NCBI GenBank assembly: GCA_036172245.1
Contig: JAYWIR010000025.1
Coordinates: 868,001-932,000, forward strand
DNA: 64,000 bases
Direction: 5' to 3'
DNA from: Raillietiella orientalis
Lineage: Eukaryota
Shown here: positions 53,990 to 64,000 of the stretch, in pieces
Layout: every line of letters begins with the position of its first letter
Numbering within the stretch: the stretch's first letter is position 1
Position numbers and translations under genes: made by a program
The notes under the pieces: generated by a model
What the model was told of the DNA's origin: nothing
The model's database searches: none
What the model saw: only the letters and a program-made list of their open reading frames with translations

Positions 53990-56350
53990 ACGCTGGAGCA
54001 ACCATGGATTCGAACCCAAGCCTAATTGCATTACCCATGCCGCAGTGGGATAATCACATCTGCTTCGACCCATCATCGAGTCCATTTCAGGATGTTCAGA
54101 CTTTAAGAGCAAGCATTCCACATAGTGTTTTGGAGATTCCGGAAATCGTTTCCTTGCACTCGGGAACCCATTATCACCGAATCACATTCGGTCCATTTGT
54201 GATTATGAAATCACTGGCGTCCATCAGGTTGCTTTTTCTGCCAGTGCCTTACGTAACAGGAAATCGCCCGTTTTCTCTATCAGATTCTAATGAGTGGATC
54301 CAGGTGAATCAGTACTTGTAGAGACATCCAGTTCCTTATAATCAGAAGGAACTTTTAAGCACTTCCACCAGAGTAAATTGGACATGTCTATTGTTCTTTA
54401 CCCTACTGTTCCATCTAATGACGAAAATGGATTATAATAATTGCCGCACTTCAGAGCTCCCTCCATCCCAGAAGTAGCTGCCATTGCGGGAGTAAAAGTG
54501 TGTTCCGCTACCACCGTGTGTGGTCTTCCTACTTTTTGCTGTCCACAAAAAAGCCGGATGTAGGACAAACACAGAATTTTCATTATCAGAGCTGATCGCT
54601 GCCTTTTTCCACTGATGTCCACCTTGGAAGCTTCTCACTTTAGGACGGTGCTCGCGCTCCCTTAACGCTGAGTCCCTCCTGAATCCTTGTGAACTTTAGC
54701 TTACTCGACGTTATGCTCTGGAACTTCTACCAGAAGATGAACGAGGGCTCTCGTTCAACTTTATGCTCCATCTATGCAAGCCCCGAAGATGTGCATAGGG
54801 CCCAATATTTACAGATTTTGCGTCCTTCCTTTTCCGTCCTCAAACAGAAAATCTTGAGGCATGCTCAAGATTTTCTGTTTGAGACAATCTCTGCCATCCC
54901 TTTTGCCATAGACAGTGTTTACGCACCATTTATGTCTTAACCACCACAAGCTGTTTACAATAATCCACACTCACCTCCCAGATAACGTGAGCTCCTACAT
55001 GAGGCATAAAGCAAATGAGCGACAAGCATGGGTTTCACATCCGGTCAAGCACGGGGTAGTGTACCGACACTTGGACCTGATCATTGGAACGGCAGATGAA
55101 TGGGATATAAGGATGTCATTTTCTCCTGCCTAAGGTCAGTCATGTACCGTACATGCTGAAAGGTCGGCATCTTATGTTGTGAGTGTCTGATGTCTCAGAC
55201 GCAAAACCCAAAATGGTTGCAGCAGATTCGTGCAGTGAAGAACATCCAGGGCAGATTATTTCTTCCTTTTCCTGCTGATTAGTAGATCTACATCCCACGT
55301 TCTATTAGTGCATAAATAATGCCTTTCAGAATAAGCTTATATTCAGGAAAACAACAACAACAACTTTGTCGTAACTGTCACCCTAGGTGGGTTTCGTAGG
55401 AAAATTATCATCGATGTTTACCTCATCTATCATCTGCAGACAAAGAGTTTTCCTCACAGAAATTTCCGCTTTGCCAAGGGATGGATCAGAGCTGGCAAAC
55501 ACCAGGATACGACAGCTCTGTCACACTTTACATGGTACGCTGATTCGTGTCGCTGCAGCCAATAAAGAACAAATACACTTGGAATGTTTGGGAAATCCAT
55601 CTGCACTTATCGATTCAAGAAGAGACTCCGGAGCCATCTGAAATTTTAAAACCAAACTCCAGAGATCCTTAGGGGTTGGGTTAGGAACCAATGCTTCGAT
55701 TTGTCCTTTTTTTTCTTGAGGTTCTCATGTGCGTTTGGAATGCTTTTCCTTTCACCAATCACCAAGAGAAGGCTTGCAAGAAAAGTTCTCCGGCAAAAGT
55801 TGGGACCCTACACGCGAGTTCCTAAATCTGAATTCCCTGGATATATCTGATGCCTGCTGGTGATTCCACTTTCAAACTGTTGGAAATAAAATAAGTAGCA
55901 GTCCTTTAAGAATGTTTTGAAGTCCAGACAGGCTGTTTATCAGTGTCTGGGAAACCAAAACAAAAGGAATCCTTCCGGCACGTGTCTATCCAACTCTTTG
56001 CAAGAGGTACGAGCAATGCTCATCAACAACTGGATTCCCGAGCACGTTGGCTGTTTGGGGAGAACACATGGAACCTGTCATAACCTGCCATAATCCGTCA
56101 TTGGTCCCGCAATGTGAGAGACCCAATCTCGTTCAAGATGTAACACCGTGAAGGTGCGTGGCTCAGCAGCTCTTTGTGGCTAGTCAAAGCAGCTTATTTG
56201 TGCGGCATTTCATCCTTTTCTGAATTTTTTACTTATTTGTGCACGGAGAAATGGAGGTGTTCCTGACGATGAAGATGAAGTGGAAGCTGCCACTGTAGAT
56301 ATAGAACGAAGTCCGTCTTAAGAATGGCGCTCTCAAATCTTCCTCAAGCT
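53990..56350 (-). mobile_element. Decayed Gypsy/Ty3-like pol region
   Basis: In PR-RT-IN order on the minus strand: FYIYSGS (protease-like, ~56290), VNIDD (RT, ~55410), THGGSG...SYFWDGG (integrase zinc region, ~54460-54520) and GDNG (~54170). Confidence 0.5.
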
Positions 56351-58530
56351 TAATGGCTGATTTGCGTTAACAGGTCACGAGCTCTCTTCAGAAACCAGAA
56401 AACTTTCTATCCATCACTTGAAAGATACAAGGGACTATTTCAACATTTACTTTTCTTTTCCTAGAGCCAATATCGGGTGGATTAGGGATCCACTCGATCT
56501 GAAAAAATGGCAAAGAGTTAATGCAGAGGAAGGCGAAAGGATGAAAGTGAATGAACCCACCCCGGTGACGCAGGAAACCCTGCAAATAACCGAGTAGGTG
56601 GTCAAGCTGAACGAGGAAGTCCGCCAATGAATAGTTAATAGCAGGTGAACCCTGATAGCTAGAGAGGACAACTTGCTGAACCCGTTGTGGTCTGGTTGCA
56701 TTCAGCGCAACCTGTGTTCTGACACGAGCAATTTTTTGGGCTGCCCTGTATCAGCACACACAGCTGACATCCCAACTATGGAGATATTCGACGCCATTCC
56801 TCACGGCATATTAAAGGGAGCAAGTTCAGCGTGTGCTATTTTTTCCATAAATCATATTGGAGGGGGAGTGGAAACCGATTCAGTACAGAACTGATCTATC
56901 TTTGAATTTCCCACCACTGGCATCAACCATTTCATTAAGCAGGAGAATTTTTCCTCTGTGACCATTCACGTGGTCACTTATATGTTGATGTCATTCGACC
57001 GAGAGATGGAATCGTAAAAAGACGTTAGTTCTAGTGAGAGAGGAGACGTCTCCTTGAGATACAGTCAGCTCGCCTACACCATGAGAAAATAGTCCACACA
57101 GAAGGGTAAATTCATGGTGGTGAAAACTTTGGAAATCACTCTGCTAAGGCACGAAGACAACCATTTGCAAAAAGGTTGCCACTCTCTTAAGAAAGAAGCA
57201 GAGGAAAACTGAAAGTCGACCTGTAAGGAAATCCTCACGGTGCAGGACAACTGAAGCATATCGTGTTTGATTGCCCAGTCCACCGCTGTGCGTTTAACAC
57301 GATACTGGACTGCAGACCTCATCACACAAGCACAAGTTACGTTGTTTTGCTGTCATGTATGGTATTCTTCCAGGAAACATCCAACCTCTGAAGATGAAGA
57401 CCGAACCATACTTAGGGCTGAAGAGAGAAGTTTCGGTCCGTGCTGACAGATGTTCATAAAGTGACGAAAGGTTTCTGAGTGTCTTTCACTATTTGGTGAG
57501 TGCGGTGCTTCAGAAAAGCACCCTTCGGACTTCCCGAAATTGCTAAAAGTGCTGCAACACTGTGAAGTGTGACTTTTCAATCCAAAACGCTGCTGGAAAC
57601 TGAAGACTTGTCTGGTGCATAACTATGTTACCTTTCTGGATTGTAAATGGAATTGTTCGCCTTCACAAGTTCAAAGACCCTTTCATCTCGTTTTTCATTT
57701 ATCAGTGTGTACAAGCATTGGCCGAGTTCTCAAAGCTAACACCCCCTTGAGTTTCTGCGGCTTTCTACAGATTGGAAATTTCTAAAAGTTAGCACGATCC
57801 ATTAGGATCCATCAGACTTCCAAATAATAATTGCGGCTATCAATTGCAGCTTTTGGGTGCACCGTGATTCTAAGAGTTTAAAAGAGACAACGAGAAATTT
57901 CCAAAGTTTCCAGACTAAGAGATTAGCAACTGTAGTTTTCGCGAAACCTACAGATTCAGGCACAGAATATCATTGGTATTTCAAAGATCAAGAGAGAAAA
58001 AATGGAATTCATAATTTTCGAGCACTTGACTATCTAGTTCTGCAGCACGTGAAGATTTTTTAGAGTATTCACTCATGCGGATATTGCATTTATGACACGG
58101 CATCGAAATCACCTCATTCATCGTCCGTCTGCAGAATTTCCTCAACGAACAGAACCCCATCTAAAAGTCAGTCGTAATGCTGGTCGAAATGCTGCGAATG
58201 TTATCACACAGAAACGCCCCGTTTTTTAGTGTGTTCCAGATGTCTTGCTCGTCGATGTTTGAGTGTTATGAACACGCCTTTTCTTGCAGGAATTGCTTCA
58301 GACTATGCACACCAACATCCGATATATTCCGGGACGCGCTTTCCTCAGACGGCAGTTGTTCTATTACATCATTTCCACGTTCTTCTCGAAAATTCTCACA
58401 GCATGATCTCACAACATTCTCACATGATCCACGCAGTGGCAGACATTGGGATCACCCCATCCCTGAGGAACGATTCGCTCCCGAGAAAAGATCTCCGTCA
58501 TCACTCGATGCGAGTTGAGCCTATTAATTC

Positions 58531-58980
58531 GCCTGCAATCCAACGTTCCCGACGTCGAATTTTCCTGCAAGTCCCTGATGAGAATTCCAATGCATTTATT
58601 ACAGCACTCACATTTATGTTTTTTTACGTTCGTATTCCCACATATTCATAAATAATTAAATATACACATGTGAAAAAAGGGATACCAAAAGCCCTGAAAT
58701 AGAAAAAAAGGAAAAATTCCAACGTGGAGTTTAATTGTATCTTCCTGCAAGTGTGTCCCGTATAGATGAGCTCACACAAGCTATCCAACATTTCGAAACG
58801 TTCTGCTTCAATGTTTTGTAGAGAGGCTTTGGCACTGCCGCCGCACCCTATCCCGAGGAATATGGCGGGGCCATGCGCCTGCAAAGAAGCGAGTGAAGGC
58901 ATTCCAAAGTTGTTGGTGGTGTTTTTTGATTTCAGGACTTTCGGTACTCCTTTTCCTCATCCAAGTCGAAAACGGTGCTT
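58531..58980. repeat. Left arm of 450-bp inverted duplication
   Basis: Reverse complement of 59958-60407, with about 4 substitutions seen by eye; mirror-image 92-aa ORFs in the track. Confidence 0.95.
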
Positions 58981-59365
58981 CAACTTCCATATTTCGCTGA
59001 TTGAGGTCACCATCCGCAAATTTTCCACCTTAGTATATACGTAAACTGTATCCGTACTTATGGTACATACTCTGCAAAGCAAGCGGTTTGTGCTGCTCGA
59101 GGTCAAACGGTGTCGTCGAATCATTCGGAATTCCCAGGAATTTGTTTCTCCTCGTGTTTCACCCAAGCACTTTGGAGTCTTCAGTGCAGTTGGGGGCCTC
59201 CTCGTGATTCTCGTGCGGACGGATTCGCACGAGAGCCAAGTGCAGCACCATTAGTCAGACACCTCTACACTGTCGTGAGTGCCATTACTACAGCAGACTG
59301 AAATCCGCTCGCATGCAGCGCTCGCCTCTCAGATTCCGAGCAAACGCGAAGAACCTCCCTCACTT

Positions 59366-59950
59366 TCACCCGGGTGCGCCGGGGCGTTTATTCCTTCGAA
59401 TAAAACCTTTAGCGAATCTGTGGCTGGACTGGTGGTCCGACCACGCCCTAGATGTTCCAAACCTGCCGGGTCACCAGTTTGCAAACCGGTGCGGTCCACC
59501 TCGGCAGCAGAAGGGAGGAGGCAAAAACACAGAGAAAAATAAAAAAATCAAAAATAAATAAAAACTGGGGAGGGAGCGGGAAGGGATCACAGTCTGCTGG
59601 TTGGGGTCTGTCACATCCTCTGGAGGATGCCGGCAAGTTCTTCCTGAATATGGGATTCCAGGTGGGGCCATCGCGTCGCCCTCCTCAGGAAGCGGAGGAC
59701 GTATTCGCTGGCATCCCTATCGCTGGGTCCTCCCGTCGCATTGCTCCATACAGCGATGATCCCGCGTGGGCAGCACAGGGCTGCAAGGGAGGCCGCTGTC
59801 CGGAGGGCGTTGCGAACGAAGAGGGGTCGAATTGCGTCCCTTGGGTAGCAGCAAAGCGTTCCCATAAGGACCGGAGGGCAACACAATCCACTAATAGGAC
59901 TCATCCCCGACCTAAGTTTCATCATGGGGAGCAGCGCGAAGTAGTGGTTT
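59366..59950 (-). mobile_element. 3' fragment of a diverged relative of the 8.3-10.4 kb LINE
   Basis: LLVDCVALRSLWERFAA matches LLLDCGALLGLWRRLAS; RWPHLESHIQEELAGILQRM* matches WAHLPESVRREIAGIHHRF*; same T-rich UTR block and identical 27-bp terminus. Confidence 0.75.
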
Positions 59951-59957
59951 GTATTAT

Positions 59958-60407
59958 AAGCACCGTTTTAGACTTGGATGAGGAAAAGGAATACCGAAAG
60001 TCCTGAAATCAAAAAACACCACCACCAACTTTGGAATGCCTTCACTCGCTTCTTTGCAGGCGCATGGCCCCGCCATATTCCTCGGGATAGGGTGCGGCGG
60101 CAGTGCCAAAGCCTCTCTACAAAACATTGAAGCAGAACGTTTCGAAATGTTGGATAGCTCGTGTGAGCTCATCTATACGGGACACACTTGCAGGAAGATA
60201 CAATTAAACTCCACGTTGGAATTTTTCCTTTTTTTCTATTTCAGGGCTTTTGGTATCCCTTTTTTCACATGTGTATATTTAATTATTTATGAATATGTGG
60301 GAATACGAACGTAAAAAAACATAAATGTGAGTGCTGTAATAAATGCATTGGAATTCTCATCAGGGACTTGCAGGAAAATTCGACGTCGGGAACGTTGGAT
60401 TGCAGGC
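59958..60407. repeat. Right arm of 450-bp inverted duplication
   Basis: Reverse complement of 58531-58980. Confidence 0.95.
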
Positions 60408-61078
60408 AAATTGTGGGATAGCTTGTGTGACCTCATCTATACGGGACACACCTGCAGGAAGATGCAAATCACAAGGAAGTCTCCTGTACAGCACTTCATC
60501 ACACGGGAAAACGAAGTGGCAGCTTGCACCTTATATTCAAATTTCCTAGAGGAAATTTCCAAATAGAAAAATGGGGTTAGAGAACCCAAAATTAGTGTTG
60601 TGCGGACAAGTGGGTGAAATAGGGTATTCCCCCTCACACTTCGCTGTGTCGAATCTATGATGAATCATTGGATTACTAGTCTCGAGGAATAGATGGAATA
60701 GCCACTGAGTTTTCTTGGCAGCAAGTCTTTTTACGAATAAAAGACAGAATGCTCAACAGATAGAGAGAGAATATAAAACGAAAGGATGCTTTCTCGGGAA
60801 GAATATTGCTTAAAATTTCGACAGTATCTTTTTCGACAACCTATTTTATAAGTTCGAGAACGCGTCAGAAGGGAAATAGAGCAAATGACGATTTCCGATG
60901 TGATGTGAAAAACTTTCGTTTTTCGTAATCGGGAAATCTGTAACATTCATCACACTTTCCGGGGACCGGGGTGCCTGAACAGATCTCCTGTTGGTGTGGT
61001 CTCACACGTGAAGTAATGAGGTTTCAGAGTAAGCAGACTGCACCAGGATGAGGACGACATTTATCTCAATGAAGTTTA

Positions 61079-61350
61079 TCACCCGGTAACGCCGGGCGTT
61101 TATTTATAATAAACCGGTCAGGGACAATGTCCCCAACCAACGAAACGACAAGGAACAAAGAGAAGTTACCGGCACGCAGGCCTGGTAAACAAACCGCTTG
61201 CAACACTGAAGGAGTAAAGGGATAACAAAAGAAAAATAAAAAAACTGGAGGGAAGGGTAACGGGTCTTTGGTGAGGCTCCGTACTCACGGGGATTCAAAA
61301 GAGAGAGCACCTGGAATGTTCCGGAGCCTAAGGGGACGGAATGAAGTGGG
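61079..61350 (-). mobile_element. 3' UTR fragment of a third member of the same LINE family
   Basis: Element-sense CCAAAGACCC...CCCTCCA followed by a T tract, as in the 8.5 kb copy, and terminal AATAAACGCCCGGCGTTACCGGGTGA. Confidence 0.65.
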
Positions 61351-61399
61351 ACAGTTTTGTGTGCTCAGCTTTTGGTCAGCTCCTTGTCGCAGGAAGGCA

Positions 61400-62350
61400 T
61401 TGTGGTTTTGGGGATTGAAATTTCTTAAAAGAATTGGTTCCTGAATTCAGTAAAAGTAATACGAATAGCAGGTCATCAATCGGGAATCCAAATACATTGC
61501 CACTTAACCAGCATAACTTGCTGATTACCAATAACTGCCAGTTCTTGGTCATTCTGGCTTTTCCTCCATATGGACAACGAAAGACTTATTTGAGCCCAAG
61601 GCGTGCACCTTGAATTAAGCAGCTTATGCCTACACAGAAACATGCTGCTGCTCCAACGAACAGCAAACTTGGATGTTAAGTCTGCAAAACTTGCGATTTT
61701 TAATTGAGGTTTGCGAAGCATCATTTCCTGTTTGTCATCCATCGTGACGGTTCATTTTCTGACAGTGGCGAGTATTTTCCAGAACGAAACTTTCCTCTTT
61801 GAATTCCGCTAAAGGAGGAATTTCGAAAGATTATTTTTCATTTGAATACGAAATCACGCTTTCAGCGAGAATCTTTAAATCCTGAAAGGTTTCGAAGGAC
61901 AAATTTTTTTTATCACAAACCAAGTCATCAAGAAAAAGGATGGACGTTATTGTGGAGTGTATACCATCTGAAGACAGAGCATTTCAGATATAGAAAGGAT
62001 TCTTTGTTACCGACTGCAGTTCTCTAGACGAACATGAACAGCTAAAAGAAATATGGCGCTAGAGTGCACTTCATTTTAAATAATGGATAACGTTCATTCA
62101 TCATACATGACTATGCTTGTATGTTTATGTCTGACGTCTCAGAATTCCCCAAGTCAACATTGAAGGATCTTTGTCGAATTATTATAATCAACAAGAAAGT
62201 TGTTTTGACATTAACGTGTGTTGCTGAAAGCCGAGAAGAGATTCTTAGTTCCTTCTTTAGTGAAATATCTGTTTGGGGGAAAAAAAAAATTTCATGCATG
62301 CCTTTTTCTATCATGAAGGAAATTCACGGATGCCAGATCGCATCAGACTC
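61400..62350 (-). mobile_element. Possible hAT transposase relic
   Basis: VRWSSSMFL (cf. TRWNS) and AMYLDSR (cf. AxxLDPR) in different frames. Confidence 0.3.
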
Positions 62351-62388
62351 TTTCCTGTTCACGTCATTCTACCCCTAATCGTGATGAC

Positions 62389-63348
62389 CTTGCAAGGAGC
62401 ACGTATTTTTTTGCAAAGGTCATGAACGACTGCTTGTTTACCGACACGCAAGTGGTCGACTGCAATGCTGACTCATGGCTGAACAAGACCAATGGCAAGA
62501 TAAATATGTTTGCTGCAAAAGTGTACAGCATTTTCTAACTAGTGGTTCATGAAGAAATCTTTCATCTGTGGTATGAAAGCAATTTCTGGCTAGTGCTTCT
62601 GGCACTCGTAGATCGTGTATATTTAGGTAGGTCACAATCTTACATGTTGACGAGAGCTTACTTCGTTTTCGGCCTGCCTTCTACTCTGACCTGTGATACA
62701 CAACGGCGAACTGGAAGAGTCACTTGGAAGACGATCAACTGGAATCGCCTGGTTCTTACACAACCAGGCAACAACGTACACAACAAGAATGCCAGGAAAC
62801 AGAGTATTTTGGTGGATCTGCATGTGATAGCTAGTTGCCATTTGTTCCCTGCTACAAGGGACACCGTGCGGTTTTTATTTCGTGGAGTTCCGAATCGACC
62901 ATGAAAGGAACAAGACAGTTTTGGACAAGAACACACTCCTCCTCTATTAAAACGCAACTGAACTCACCATCTTTATCGAGAGCACTGCAAAGAGCATGCA
63001 GTTGATCTGCGAAGGCACAACAAAGCGTGTCTTGCAGGTTGACCCTTGCCTGACCTCCATTGATCAGATGAAATATAAACCTCTTCGGAAAATCGACTGG
63101 AATTTCTTCCTGACTTTCACCCAATCACACGACCAGGAAACAATGTACATAACACGGTTATCAGGAAGAAGAGTACTTGGTCGGATACGCATTCAACAGT
63201 CAGTTGTAAGTGGAAAGTTTTACTACTTATCTGCCATTGTACTCGTGCAGCCATGCGTCAGCATTAAGTTCCACCATTTGCGTGTCATTTACTCAGTAAA
63301 CAAGTAGTCGTTCATGATCTGCTCGAAAAAATACATGCTTCTGGTAAG
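62389..63348. mobile_element. Putative non-autonomous DNA transposon (~960 bp) with 56-bp imperfect terminal inverted repeats
   Basis: 62389-62444 versus the reverse complement of 63293-63348 match at 45/56 positions without gaps; no clear TSD or transposase ORF. Confidence 0.55.
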
Positions 63349-64000
63349 TGCTGGTGTGTACGCCTGGGTCTTGAGACCTTGCCGATGATTTCAGCGCGCA
63401 GGACGCTCACTTTGAGATGGTCCATGTCCCGAAGAAGGTAGTGCCAAAAGGAGGAGACATCAGTCAAAACTTTCACTCATCCTTCGTCAGTGACACCTTA
63501 GCAGAGTATCCTGTTCAAAGGTCGGCATCCCCGTTAGCTCTTGAGGTCCGTCCTCGCTGAATGTTGCTGACTTCCAATCACTAACTAACGATGCTTCGAA
63601 CTATCTGTTAGCAGCTCGAAGCATCATTTGATAATATGTCACAGTAGAAACGTTTCGCACTGCTTTTCTGCCAAAACGCTGAGCATGAGGAGCACACTGA
63701 AGGACCGAGAGGTTAAGCCAGACTCTTTGGTCCACCAAACTTGATTAGGCTCGTGGTCGGCCTGAGAAGGAAGCTTCGAAGGCAAGAATCTCGGTTTTTA
63801 TTTTGCATAGGAGACCAGAAAGTCTCGAGGACTTTGGACAGCCCACTGCTTGGCTTTGCCTCCAACTCGTGCTTGGGACTGCAAAAAAAAGGCTCCTGAG
63901 GTTTTCCTTGGGAGAGCTGCAACACATGGATTTCGAACTACAAAAAGGCCACCATCCTTCGCCGTTTGGGAAAACCCAAGGAACTGATAGAGCGTAGCTC

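Noticed and set aside
54006..54017. tRNA B-box-like GGGTTCGAATCC on the minus strand
   Set aside because: No cloverleaf or A box; it lies in an integrase relic.
58574..58802. Hammerhead-ribozyme-like words in the inverted arms (CTGATGAG; GATGAGCTCACAC(G)AGC...GAAAC)
   Set aside because: The core is not intact: CUGA is replaced by TAGA, and 13 nt separate stem II from GAAA; the other CTGATGA has no stem II or GAAA.
58624..58902. Duplicated 92-aa ORF (also 60036-60314)
   Set aside because: A by-product of the inverted duplication; no protein-like features.
1..64000. Prokaryotic systems (CRISPR, operons, rRNA/tRNA) or a variant genetic code
   Set aside because: No repeat-spacer array or RNA gene seen; host genes translate cleanly with the standard code after splicing, and in-frame stops are confined to TE relics.

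Overview
Eukaryotic (metazoan, probably arthropod-like) genomic DNA. Five intact, intron-rich housekeeping genes sit in three very compact islands: SMARCAD1 followed by an SDR9C-type dehydrogenase (+, 17.9-23.0 kb), VWA8 (-, 30.1-40.2 kb), and DNAJC16 (+) convergent with MIC10 (-) (46.8-50.7 kb). The islands are separated by decayed mobile DNA: BEL/Pao and Gypsy-like LTR relics, L1/Tx1-like and RLE-type (R2/NeSL/Utopia-like) non-LTR relics, possible hAT relics and a TIR-bounded element. Four things stand out. (1) Most introns are only 34-57 bp with weak splice signals, including GC-AG candidates and stopless 3n introns. (2) Three strongly diverged L1/Tx1-like copies share a conserved 3' terminal AATAAA + stem-loop module. 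(3) A 450-bp, about 99% identical inverted duplication brackets a LINE fragment and looks like a staggered-break micro-inversion. (4) The DNAJC16 thioredoxin CxxC motif has lost its first Cys. All calls come from manual reading and translation; no database searches were run.
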